A stretch of DNA of 47,373 nucleotides from positions 1 to 47,373 of the forward strand of contig JBGUGD010000020.1 in the NCBI GenBank assembly GCA_041697335.1. Direction: 5' to 3'. The notes beneath the pieces were generated by a model. It was not told the DNA's origin and did not search any database. It saw nothing but the letters and a program-made list of their open reading frames with translations. How positions within the stretch are numbered: the first letter of the stretch is position 1; each line of letters starts with the position of its first letter. Of this stretch, positions 17,625-27,066 are shown piece after piece. This DNA comes from Vampirovibrionaceae bacterium NZW_1234. GTDB taxonomy: Bacteria; Cyanobacteriota; Vampirovibrionia; Vampirovibrionales; JAGQHJ01. The position numbers and the translations under genes are program-made.

Positions 17625-19712
17625 TTAGGGATGATACAGTTGACGATAATGCCAGTAATGAGAGAAAACTTCCTTGATGTAATCCCGAGATTGGTCATAT
17701 GGGATGGTTTCCACAAACATATCTGGATCGCTTGCCAATGTTTTGGATCCGGAAACCCATCGTCCCATGGCTCCAGGACCACCATTGTAGCTGCCTACAG
17801 CCAACATGCTGTTGCCATCGAATTTTTCATGCAGGTATTTCAGGTAACGCGTCCCCAGATGGACATTCACCTCAGGATTAAACAGAAATCCCACTTGGGA
17901 ACCCGACATTTTTTCCCACTGGGCAACATAATCTGCGGTCGAGGGCAATAATTGCATCAACCCCATCGCCCGAGAGCTACTGACAGCCATGGGGTTAAAA
18001 TAGCTCTCCTGGCGCATCAAGGCTTGTACCAAGTAAGGATCTAAATTGTAGATTTGAGTATATTTCGCAATTTCATCCGCATAAACAATGGGATACAGAA
18101 TGCGGGCCAAAGCTTCAGGTATCTCCCGTTGTCCCTTTCGCCAATTTTGAAGGGTGTAATCCCTCATAAGTCGAAGCGAACGAGGATAATCTTTCTTTAA
18201 ACCATAGGCCAAACTGCCTAATGGCGATGGCTTATTCCCAGATTCAATCAATTGAAGCAAGGTCAAAATATCATCTGGCGCACCAATCCGAACCAGCTCA
18301 GCAATGGCTGAAGCAACCGAAGGATTCAAGTCCGCCACAAAAGGCCGAACATCAAGACTTTCAGGCTGATTATCAGGTGGGTAGGACAGGCCTGGTCTTG
18401 TTGTCCAGGGAAAATGGTCATTCTTTAAAATCTGCTCTGCCCGAAAAGAATAGTACTGATTAGGGTATTCAGATGTTAATCGAGCCAAAATCGGACGAGC
18501 CACCTCAACCTTGCCCTGATTTAAAAACCATTTGGCTTTCCAGAACAAGATACGAGGGGCAGACATTGAGTTGGGATAGGCACTCAAATGCCTATCGGCT
18601 AGCACCAGAAACTCTGCCCCCTTGCCCTGACGATATTTTTCCCAGGCAAGCGCCCAAGAGGTCTCTGGAGCATAATCACTCTTTGGGTATGTGGACAGTA
18701 ACTGGCTTTGATACGCCGCTCGGGTCGGCCCAACAGTCATTCTGGCAAGTTGCCAAAGGATAAAATCCCCGCCCGCTTTCGGCTTTAATGCCAATAGTTG
18801 TTTTAGTACTGCAATCTTTTGGGGGGAGGCAGGAAACTGGCTCAAGATCGTCTTTACAGCTTCTTGAGCCTGATCAGCATCACCGGGCAGCAGCAGCCCC
18901 CGACGAAGCGCTTGCAATCCAGCCTCTTGATTGCCTGTCTGCAAGTAGGCCTTACCTAGAGAATACCAGGCTTCAGCAAAGGGGGCTTTACTCAATAATC
19001 CAGCCGCCTCTTTAGCATTACCGGCTGCTAGTCGGGCCTTTCCAATTAACGCATAATCCTCGGGGGCTTTTTCCAAGGTCAGCCCTGCAAGTCCTTCAGC
19101 AGCAGCAACACCAAATGTCCCCTCTGGCGCATGACGCAAATACAAGCGCCAATATTTGGCAGCCTCATCAGCCTGCCCAGATTCCGAAGCCAACTGCCCC
19201 AAATAATAATAGCTTCCTACGGCCACGTTAGAATCCGGCAGTTTAGCGATTACACCCTGAAAAGAGGCTTTGGCCTCTTCAGGCTGATGCCCTCTAACCT
19301 GAGACTGCCCTAGCGCATAGAGCGCAATAGCTGCAAATGGCGTTCCCCGATAAGCTTGCTCCATGGTTTTGAGAAGTGCCTGAGCCTTAGCCTCTTGGCC
19401 TAACTGAACGTGAGCTTCAGCCTGATGGTAGAGAATAAAAGGGCGCAGTGCCGGATAAACATCCTGAATCTGACGATAAGCCTCAATAGCCTCTCGGGAT
19501 CGATGATCGGCCAAAGCTGATGCAGCCTGTAAGTAAGTAGCTTTGGCTTGGTCATAATCGAGTCCTTTACCCTCAAGGAAAGGGATACCCGAAACAGAAG
19601 GCAAAAAAGGCAGGCCTTTTTCGGAAAGGTGCTCTACCGCAAGCCCGGTAGCCCCCAAGACCAGCATCATACTGCCCAGGAAAACCCATATCTTCCGTTG
19701 CCGTCGTTTCAT
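17625..19712 (-). CDS. slt: TPR-containing soluble lytic murein transglycosylase (SLT family)
   Basis: ALMRQESYF, AMGLMQLLPSTA, YNGGPG, ETIPYDQSRDYIK; N-terminal TM and TPR-like helices; start could be 19712-19739. Confidence 0.9.
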   Translation of the reverse strand: MKRRQRKIWVFLGSMMLVLGATGLAVEHLSEKGLPFLPSVSGIPFLEGKGLDYDQAKATYLQAASALADHRSREAIEAYRQIQDVYPALRPFILYHQAEAHVQLGQEAKAQALLKTMEQAYRGTPFAAIALYALGQSQVRGHQPEEAKASFQGVIAKLPDSNVAVGSYYYLGQLASESGQADEAAKYWRLYLRHAPEGTFGVAAAEGLAGLTLEKAPEDYALIGKARLAAGNAKEAAGLLSKAPFAEAWYSLGKAYLQTGNQEAGLQALRRGLLLPGDADQAQEAVKTILSQFPASPQKIAVLKQLLALKPKAGGDFILWQLARMTVGPTRAAYQSQLLSTYPKSDYAPETSWALAWEKYRQGKGAEFLVLADRHLSAYPNSMSAPRILFWKAKWFLNQGKVEVARPILARLTSEYPNQYYSFRAEQILKNDHFPWTTRPGLSYPPDNQPESLDVRPFVADLNPSVASAIAELVRIGAPDDILTLLQLIESGNKPSPLGSLAYGLKKDYPRSLRLMRDYTLQNWRKGQREIPEALARILYPIVYADEIAKYTQIYNLDPYLVQALMRQESYFNPMAVSSSRAMGLMQLLPSTADYVAQWEKMSGSQVGFLFNPEVNVHLGTRYLKYLHEKFDGNSMLAVGSYNGGPGAMGRWVSGSKTLASDPDMFVETIPYDQSRDYIKEVFSHYWHYRQLYHP

Positions 19713-20302
19713 CGTGCGTTTGCCTCTCATACTCCACATAGTAGAGTAAGACCGAAAGAAAGTAAACGATGTTGGGCCATAGCCAAAAGCCTCACTTCAA
19801 TGTTAATTAAGCTTTTGCCCTGTGCCCTTCCAGATGCGGGAATCTTGCAGCAACTGTTGCCTACAAAAGGGCCTTTACATATTGATATAGCTAATAAAGC
19901 CGTAAAAACCACAAAGTAAAATACCATAAGACTTCAGCACACATGTATTGCTTACATGTAGCGCTTATCATAGAAATAAAACGGCCCCATCCTTATAAAT
20001 AAAAGGTATCAACTCGACACATGACATCAAACAGAAACGATATCTAGACAGTTAAGGCCGAGCACCCCCTAAAACACAATTCATTACAAGCAATGTACCC
20101 AAAAATCGTTTCCGTAAAAAAGACATAATCTTGTCATGCTTGGGCCAGCATCGGATTGCGTCTTGGTCGATTTATTACGACAGGCTTCTCGTGTTGTCAC
20201 ACCCAATTTAGACACCTAGAGCACACGAGAACCTTGGTTAATCAGCCTGATACAATTGAGCGACAGACACAAGCAAGTCATCCCTAGCCATGGCTCAGCT
20301 TG

Positions 20303-20557
20303 CTATATCAGGGTTGAACCTCCTTCCTCACCACCTGGGAAGTGCTGCCCGAAAGGCTGAAAGCTCGAATCATTAAATATCTCTCGCAACGACACAGGTT
20401 TCCGAATGGGCGTATGGATGGGCCGTTGAAACCGCACCGAAGGGCACATGCATGTCCCTTGCAACCCATACTGACATCGATACACACAAACTTCACTCTG
20501 AGCTGAAAAGGCAATCCCATAGCAGTAGGGATGCTTTATCGCATCATAGCTCTCCAT
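20303..20557 (-). CDS. Small Cys-motif hypothetical protein (84 aa)
   Basis: GAGGG RBS-like before ATG 20557; C-x9-C-x3-C-x7-C-x-C pattern; no family recognised. Confidence 0.4.
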   Translation of the reverse strand: MESYDAIKHPYCYGIAFSAQSEVCVYRCQYGLQGTCMCPSVRFQRPIHTPIRKPVSLREIFNDSSFQPFGQHFPGGEEGGSTLI

Positions 20558-20795
20558 CTCTACCCTCGTTATTAACACACCCGACTTCTCTTTTCTCTGG
20601 GTCCATTATGACAATCTTCCTGGGTTTTTCAAAGCCAAAACAGGTAATATTCAGGCACCCAATTTGGCTAATTCTTACCCAAAAAGCAGATAAACAAAGC
20701 AGCCCCAAGGTCACTAACGTGATTGAGAATACTACCGTTGACATCTGGAACCAAGAAATCGAGAATGGTAGTGTACGTATCGTATAATTAACCTG

Positions 20796-21278
20796 ATGAG
20801 CAACATTCGCCCTTTTCGTGAAGAACCCAACTGGGTCAACAAAGCCCTTATTGCGTTGGCTTATGTTTTGTTAAGCTGGATTGTGACCACCCAGGCGGTC
20901 CAGACCATGGGAAACCTTCTGTCTCTGTTTATGCTGATTGGTATTCTTCTTTGGGTTCTGGTTGTCCGCCAACGATCCATTAAATACTTCGTTCGTTACC
21001 ATTTAACCCAAGCTGTGCTGCTGAACATGACGCTAGCCGCCATCTTATGGTTATTAACTGCTCTTTTGGGCTTGATGCTAACTGTGCCAGGGCTGAATAT
21101 CCTGGGAGGTATCCTCTCTCAAACATTGTTTAGCGATATGCCTATTGGGAATCTGTTTTATGCTTCCCCTAAAAACATTGTCGTAATGACCGTTGGATTC
21201 GTCATGGCGTTGTATGCCATTCGCGGACGCTACACTGAGCTACCTTGGATTACGGATGGCGTACGTTACTGGGTTTAG
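20796..21278 (+). CDS. Tic20/Ycf60-like membrane protein
   Basis: ALAYVL, YFVRYHLTQAVLL and AIRGRYTELPWITDGV match the Tic20 pattern; about 4 TM segments. Confidence 0.7.
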   Translation: MSNIRPFREEPNWVNKALIALAYVLLSWIVTTQAVQTMGNLLSLFMLIGILLWVLVVRQRSIKYFVRYHLTQAVLLNMTLAAILWLLTALLGLMLTVPGLNILGGILSQTLFSDMPIGNLFYASPKNIVVMTVGFVMALYAIRGRYTELPWITDGVRYWV

Positions 21279-21289
21279 ACATATTTACC

Positions 21290-22051
21290 ATGAAGCTGAT
21301 CTGGCAGCCGGATAACCCACTTTGGATCGGTTTTTCCCAAGCATTGGTTCCTGGGATATTCTTACGCCGCCCGAACCGCTTTGTAGCCTACGTCAATGTG
21401 CACGGAAAAGAGGTTCGCACCCATGTACCTGATCCAGGGCGGTTAAAAGAATTAATGCTTCCTGGGACCCCAGTCTACTTAGCACCAGGGGATCCAAACA
21501 AACCCAGAAAAACCCTTTACTCGCTCCTCTTAATCCAATCCCCCGACCAGCAACATTGGGTATCACTTAACACACAGCTACCCAATACCGTGGTTCGAAT
21601 GCTCCTGAAACACCACCAAATCACTCGGTTTATTGACTTCGACTTGCTTCGACCAGAAGTCCGCTATGGCGATAGTCGGATTGACTTTCTCTTGGAGCAT
21701 CGTTCTTCAAAGAAGCTCTGCTTGCTGGAAGTTAAGTCGGTGACCTTGGTTCATGACAATCGATGGGCTTGCTTCCCCGATGCACCGACAGTGCGCGGCA
21801 CACGCCATGTCAGAGAACTCATCCATGCCGTCCAATACGATGACTATTTGGCAAGCATCCTTTTTGTCATTCAACGGGGCGACTCCCAGGGAGTCTATCC
21901 CAATTCCTTAACGGATCCGGCTTTTTGCGCTGCTCTTAAAGACGCATCTGAGGCGGGTATTTCACTCACTGCCATGGCCTACACATTAACACCGGAAGGT
22001 ATTCAGCTTCAGTCCAATGTGCTGCCCGTTCGCCTCACCTCACCGGATTAA
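21290..22051 (+). CDS. sfsA: DNA/RNA nuclease SfsA
   Basis: RPNRF, HVPDPGRLKEL, EVRYGDSRIDFLL, LEVKSVTL, FPDAPTVRGTRHVREL. Confidence 0.93.
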   Translation: MKLIWQPDNPLWIGFSQALVPGIFLRRPNRFVAYVNVHGKEVRTHVPDPGRLKELMLPGTPVYLAPGDPNKPRKTLYSLLLIQSPDQQHWVSLNTQLPNTVVRMLLKHHQITRFIDFDLLRPEVRYGDSRIDFLLEHRSSKKLCLLEVKSVTLVHDNRWACFPDAPTVRGTRHVRELIHAVQYDDYLASILFVIQRGDSQGVYPNSLTDPAFCAALKDASEAGISLTAMAYTLTPEGIQLQSNVLPVRLTSPD

Positions 22052-22061
22052 CCTTGGCTTC

Positions 22062-22099
22062 AAAACAAGAGCGAGGTCGTTTCTCATCGCCCTCGCTCT
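22062..22099 (-). terminator. Intrinsic terminator between convergent genes
   Basis: AGAGCGAGG/CCTCGCTCT stem followed by TGTTTT on the minus strand. Confidence 0.6.
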
Positions 22100-22125
22100 C
22101 GTCACATCAGTCAGCCCTGAAAGGA

Positions 22126-23955
22126 TCAACCGAATATAGCCACACTCTGTGCCGCAGCCGACTCGTAGTTGCGGCGTAATGCTTCGATCAGAAGATTGGT
22201 TTTGACGGTATTCGCAGGATCTTGCTTATCAAAGTCGGCAAAATTGATGCTCCCGTTTCTCCACGTTGTCGGGGCTTCTGCCAATTGCTTCAGTTCTCTG
22301 ACTTGATCATCAAGGGGCTTGTCCATCCATTTTTCCTCAAAAGCCTGGAGCGTACTATTACCTGTTAATTCATCGGCGGTCCTGACCACAGAAGCCAACA
22401 TGTCACGATGCCACTCTTGTTTTTCCCGGCTTAATTGGGCATCAGCAGTAAAGACTTGAGGGAGATAGCGTAAATTAGCCTCAAAAGACTGGTTAAAGGA
22501 TATCCCAGCGGCCAGTGGGGTTTTGTTGGTTGGGGCCTGGACAATCTTATGCCAACTCAGCAACATGCTATCGGCATAGACAAGTGCTAATGAGGCAATA
22601 TGCCCTGGCCCCGCCTCCTCATGGTGAGCTGACAGACCAAGGCCGGAAACCTTGGGGGATATCACAGCCTGGGGTTTGGACTTCAGCGTCTGGCGCAATG
22701 TGATCAATTTCGGATCGGCCTCGGCCACTTGGCCTGTCACCACCTGAAGAAGAAAGTCTCGGGCTCCTTTAAGGGTCAAATCAGGTAACTCAGCCGTAAC
22801 CTCATCCAACTGAATCCCGCGTAGATCGGTGACCAAATGGACTTTGGATAAGGGTTCTTCCAGAGCTACAGGAATTGCGGGAGCAACTTTACCTTGACTC
22901 GGAGCTAAAAAACGCTCCGTCAACACAGCAGCGGCTTCAGGCACACCCTCTGCAATACCGGTCTCAGCCAAAGGATGAAATGGAAACTTTTTCAGAATGA
23001 CATTATCCAGTACAAACTTGGAATCATTATTGCTGGCCACAGCGTTCTGCACCCCTTGTCGAAACGTATCAAACGTCAATACCTTGGATTCATCGAGAAA
23101 AGACTGCAGGGCAGCTTTCACATTCGGCTGCTGAAACACTTCCTGAGCCACAGCACTGGCAACAGCCGGATGCGTTGCCAGGTTACTCCAAGATAAGTCT
23201 CCCCGCAGCTTGGGATCATGCAGCAAGCCCACCATGGCGGCCATCAGCATTTGAGACTCACGTTGTTCCTTAGGCAATCCTTTTTTCTCAGAGAGCTTTC
23301 CCGCCATTTTCATTGCGACTTGTGCGACATCAAAGCTGTGATCAACCGATTCTGCAAAGCCCATGGTAAATAACACCGGAAGCACCTGGGCTGCATATTG
23401 ACCAAATGCCTCCCGAGCGGCCGGGGAAAACCCCTTTGAAGGATTTAATATGCTATCCTCAAACTGATCCATCCGGCGACGCACATCTTGCATAAATTGG
23501 GCCGTATCCGTCATTGCCTGTGCCGATGTCATTAGTGGACGTCCTAATGCCAAGAGCTGAGTATTCATGGCAACCAGCTTTTGACTCATTAATGTGGTTA
23601 ACACAGCACTGGGAAGAGGAATTTTCTTCAACAAATAGACACTCAATGCTTGAGTCACAGAGGTATCTGGCATAAAGTTACTGCCGAATAACCGAGGTGA
23701 ATTGGAAAAACCTTTGAGGCCCTGTAATATCCCGTTGAGTTCAGTTTGAGAAGGCAGATTTCCAAAGCGGACACCAGGCTGGGAAGCTGTTTTCAAATAC
23801 GTAGCTCGCAAACTGGCCGCCGGTATGTCAGAGACAGCCCGCATCCCCGAAGGGATGGCTGTCATCGCTGACTTGGTGATTAACGGTTTAGAGGCTGAAT
23901 TGACGGATGTGGTCAATACTAATTTTGCTTGAGGTAGTCTGGATACAGTTAACAT
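22126..23955 (-). CDS. HD-domain hypothetical protein (609 aa)
   Basis: DHSFDVA, GLLHD, THP, AHHEE, LVYADS in canonical HD order; AGGAG RBS. Confidence 0.65.
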   Translation of the reverse strand: MLTVSRLPQAKLVLTTSVNSASKPLITKSAMTAIPSGMRAVSDIPAASLRATYLKTASQPGVRFGNLPSQTELNGILQGLKGFSNSPRLFGSNFMPDTSVTQALSVYLLKKIPLPSAVLTTLMSQKLVAMNTQLLALGRPLMTSAQAMTDTAQFMQDVRRRMDQFEDSILNPSKGFSPAAREAFGQYAAQVLPVLFTMGFAESVDHSFDVAQVAMKMAGKLSEKKGLPKEQRESQMLMAAMVGLLHDPKLRGDLSWSNLATHPAVASAVAQEVFQQPNVKAALQSFLDESKVLTFDTFRQGVQNAVASNNDSKFVLDNVILKKFPFHPLAETGIAEGVPEAAAVLTERFLAPSQGKVAPAIPVALEEPLSKVHLVTDLRGIQLDEVTAELPDLTLKGARDFLLQVVTGQVAEADPKLITLRQTLKSKPQAVISPKVSGLGLSAHHEEAGPGHIASLALVYADSMLLSWHKIVQAPTNKTPLAAGISFNQSFEANLRYLPQVFTADAQLSREKQEWHRDMLASVVRTADELTGNSTLQAFEEKWMDKPLDDQVRELKQLAEAPTTWRNGSINFADFDKQDPANTVKTNLLIEALRRNYESAAAQSVAIFG

Positions 23956-24270
23956 CGTTCATCTCCTAATTTCTGACAGGTCAAATCTCCCAAAACCAAC
24001 ACTTTGGCTGGGTTATTCGGATTTCAAACACCGAAATATCTTGAACCGGTTATAAAAGTAGCACTCGCCTTCGGGGCAATCTGTCATTTGGCAGACATTT
24101 AAAAAATAATCCCCATCGTGTTATATTCCGGATCGTTCTGGTTTTCCTCAAAATCGAGACACATCATATTTAAGCCATAAACATATAAAAACAAGCAATA
24201 AGTCAAATCGACATGCACCTCCCTCTCTCGTACAATATCAAGGTCGCAAGTTTAGACGAGCCCTCCCCTC

Positions 24271-24645
24271 ATGTTTCATTGGATTTCCACCCTCAACATG
24301 CTGATTTTGGCCTGGGGCTTAACGTCCCGCTTCAACCGCAAGCGCCACATGGCACTCATGTCTACAGCATTTGCCATTGACCTGCTTTTGGTTCTCGTCA
24401 TTGAGATTCAACGCCACGCTGTGGAAAATTTAGCCACCAGCAAGCTGGATACGTTTACAATGGTCCACGCCGGTATCAGTCTCACCGTACTGATCTTGTA
24501 CGGGGTTATGGCCTACCTGGGCATCAAGATTACAAAATCGGACACACCTGAAATACGAGCAAAACATCGCCATACCGGAATGGCCTTCGTGGTGTTCAAG
24601 CTTGCCAACTACATCACCAGCTTTTATGTCACCACCAGCATCTAA
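24271..24645 (+). CDS. DUF420-like small membrane protein
   Basis: 4 TM segments with His residues (RKRHMALM, MVHAG, AKHRHTG). Confidence 0.6.
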   Translation: MFHWISTLNMLILAWGLTSRFNRKRHMALMSTAFAIDLLLVLVIEIQRHAVENLATSKLDTFTMVHAGISLTVLILYGVMAYLGIKITKSDTPEIRAKHRHTGMAFVVFKLANYITSFYVTTSI

Positions 24646-24657
24646 CCCGACCCAAGC

Positions 24658-24684
24658 AAAAAAAAACCGAAGCGGATGCTTCGG
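24658..24684 (-). terminator. Intrinsic terminator
   Basis: CCGAAGC/GCTTCGG stem plus 9-T tract on the minus strand, after 24718..25149. Confidence 0.8.
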
Positions 24685-24717
24685 CGTGTATCGTAATGTG
24701 TGGTGTTTTAAACCGGA

Positions 24718-25149
24718 TTAGATCGCGATATTCAACGCATTGTGAATATCGGATAAGCTTTTTTCTTGCTTGATGAGGCTCATCAACTGACGGTCAGCAG
24801 ACACGGGTTTTTTCTTATAATTTTGCTGCCATTTTCCAGCAGCAAGAATGGCCATCGCGTTCATAGCTTCAAAAGGATTAGCCGCATCAATTCCTTTAAT
24901 GTCAGGCTCTTTTCCTTTTTTCTGAGGCCGTTTTTTATTCAAAGGCTTTGGCGGCAAGCCCAAAACGGTGCGGATATTGGGAACTAACGGTTCCACATCC
25001 GTTTGAGAACCAAAACCCCATTCATTAACCCATGCCGGAGCCGGGGGTGCTTTGGGAGCTGTTTGCTGCGCTCCACCAAGCAACTTGGTACGCATTTGCT
25101 GGACAAATGCCGAAGAGGTAGAGTTTGAATTGGCAGATGCTTGCGACAT
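24718..25149 (-). CDS. Hypothetical protein (143 aa, basic, Pro-rich)
   Basis: Clean ORF followed by its own terminator; no recognisable family. Confidence 0.65.
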   Translation of the reverse strand: MSQASANSNSTSSAFVQQMRTKLLGGAQQTAPKAPPAPAWVNEWGFGSQTDVEPLVPNIRTVLGLPPKPLNKKRPQKKGKEPDIKGIDAANPFEAMNAMAILAAGKWQQNYKKKPVSADRQLMSLIKQEKSLSDIHNALNIAI

Positions 25150-25344
25150 GTTGACCCAGCCTTTGTAACCTTAACGTTATACCAGCCACATTGTTTAAGT
25201 ATTAATATAAAACCGTTTTTTCTTCGCTTTTTGTTAATAAACAAGCATTTTTAAGGTTATCTTTAGATTTCGGAAACCCTCGTCCACTAAGGCTCTTCAG
25301 GTCGCTCTCAGAGTCGAAGAACGTATACTAAGAGAGGTCTAAAC

Positions 25345-25377
25345 AAAAAACAGAGACCTGGAAAGGTCTCTGTTTTT
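25345..25377. terminator. Bidirectional intrinsic terminator downstream of rpsU
   Basis: AAAAACAGAGACCT-GGAA-AGGTCTCTGTTTTT. Confidence 0.85.
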
Positions 25378-25419
25378 AAGTCTTGAACGCTAATCACACC
25401 ACGAGGGTATGAGACACAC

Positions 25420-25593
25420 CTAGCGAGAGCGCTTACGAGCCGCTTCGCGCTTGCGTTTACGTTTCTGGCTGGGTTTTTCGTACCGCTCACGACGTTTAAT
25501 TTCCGAGAGGATACCTGCTTTTTGGATTTTTTTCTTGAAGCGTTTTAAGGCGCTTTCAATACTTTCTCCAGGAGCTACTTCAATTTCCGCCAA
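25420..25593 (-). CDS. rpsU: 30S ribosomal protein S21
   Basis: Hand translation from [70 protein letters not shown]; below the ORF-track size cutoff. Confidence 0.96.
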   Translation of the reverse strand: MAEIEVAPGESIESALKRFKKKIQKAGILSEIKRRERYEKPSQKRKRKREAARKRSR

Positions 25594-25883
25594 GGGTCTT
25601 CAACCTCCCTTCTGGGCGAATCAGATTTGATACGTGATTCAATACTGACTATTGGCAGTATGAAAATACTGGGCTTAAAGCATAGCATGTGCCTTCTTTA
25701 AAATACAAGATAAAACCCTAAAGATTATCCTTTAAATGCATGAGAGCGCTACTAATTATTTCAAAACACACGAACTGGTAAACACCTTTACGGCATCACT
25801 ATCGATGTCGATACTTTTTAGAAGCTTTGCCAAAACTCCTCCTTTCCACCACGCACCTCTTCAGGCTCCTCTAGCAAAAACCT

Positions 25884-25915
25884 AAAACACCGCTGGCTTA
25901 AGCCAACGGTGTTTT
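25884..25915. terminator. Bidirectional intrinsic terminator
   Basis: AAAACACCGCTGGC-TTAA-GCCAACGGTGTTTT, just after the 25939..26244 stop. Confidence 0.75.
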
Positions 25916-25938
25916 CAGCAAATATTTGTGTTTAAAAC

Positions 25939-26244
25939 CTACTTACTACTGGGCCTCGGCGCACCACCATAAGGACCGTACCCTTCAATGGCAGGGCTTG
26001 GGCCACTGGGTAAAGGTGTATTGCCAAAGGGTCCGAAGCCACCACTGCTGGAACTACCGGGACGAGGTGCACTGCCGGCTCCAAAAGGACCAAAGCCGCC
26101 CCCGGCAGGTGGTGGTGCAGATGGGCCACCGATATTAGGCAAGCCGCCAGGCCCTCCAGCGGGATTTGGTTTAGGTGGCCTTATAGCCGGATTCGTATTT
26201 GTAGAATTTGTGGTAGCCGGTGCAATTGCCGTGAATCCTCCCAT
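25939..26244 (-). CDS. Gly/Pro-rich low-complexity small protein (101 aa)
   Basis: GGFGPFG repeated twice, AGGGGG upstream, dedicated terminator downstream. Confidence 0.6.
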   Translation of the reverse strand: MGGFTAIAPATTNSTNTNPAIRPPKPNPAGGPGGLPNIGGPSAPPPAGGGFGPFGAGSAPRPGSSSSGGFGPFGNTPLPSGPSPAIEGYGPYGGAPRPSSK

Positions 26245-26446
26245 GAATATGAGCCCCCCTATCGTCCTTCATTAATTGTGAATCGTGCATCGGACACCAA
26301 AGGCATCCATGTATATAAAAGGACAAAACAAACCCTTTGTTCCAGTTCGTAACAAAGTGCGAGTGAAATCGTTTTTTTAGTAAAGACACTCTTTGTTAGT
26401 CCCCAGTGACTACGGGAAGAATGCGTAAAACAACAAACAAACCTTG

Positions 26447-26785
26447 CTAACCGGGAGGCCAATGAAGTGGACGACCAGCCAATATATGCACATGCAGGTG
26501 AAAGACCGTTTGGCCTGCACCTGCTCCTGTGTTGGCCACCAGACGATAGCCCCCTTCTTCGACCCCCAGCTGCCGAGCAATTTCCGCCGCTTTGACCATC
26601 ACGATTCCGGCCAGCATGGGATCTGTCACCTCTGCCATCGAAGCCACATGAGCCTTGGGAATCACCAACACATGGGTCGGTGCCTGGGGATTAATATCAT
26701 GAAACGCCATTACCTGGTCGTCTTCATAGACTGTCTTGGCAGGAATTTCACCCTGAACGAGTTTACAAAACAAACATGCATCCAT
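26447..26785 (-). CDS. Histidine triad (HIT) nucleotide-binding protein
   Basis: CLFC, DINPQAPTHVLVIPK, GQTVFHLHVH, HWPPG. Confidence 0.95.
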   Translation of the reverse strand: MDACLFCKLVQGEIPAKTVYEDDQVMAFHDINPQAPTHVLVIPKAHVASMAEVTDPMLAGIVMVKAAEIARQLGVEEGGYRLVANTGAGAGQTVFHLHVHILAGRPLHWPPG

Positions 26786-26950
26786 AGGAACAAGTCATCG
26801 CCTTCTTCAATACTTATGCAGCCTCACCACACAGAGTCGTGAGTTTCCATGAAATCTCACCATAGCCTCCAAGCCAGATCAAGTCCTCTCTCGTCATAAT
26901 GATTCCTATGCCATGCAGAAAAAAATAGAAAAAGATCCAAGATAAGAGTT

Positions 26951-26964
26951 CTGATCTAAATCAA
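26951..26964. promoter_or_regulatory. Possible FNR/CRP-family box
   Basis: CTGAT-CTAA-ATCAA, one mismatch to TTGAT-N4-ATCAA, upstream of a CATAAT -10 (27019-27024) of the acyl-CoA dehydrogenase. Confidence 0.3.
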
Positions 26965-27066
26965 GATCAAATACGACAATCCTTATCGCTGGCGCTGGTA
27001 AGACAACTTTGTTTTTGCCATAATACGCGTAGCATCGCAGGATTGAATTAAGGAGGAGCTGGCACA

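Noticed and set aside
20311..20467. Assignment as 6S, SRP, tmRNA, RNase P, cobalamin or c-di-GMP riboswitch
   Set aside because: Diagnostic motifs are absent or out of order; kept only as an unassigned candidate
20544..20744. 66-aa ORF with hydrophobic N-terminus
   Set aside because: No RBS and no recognisable family; cannot be separated from chance
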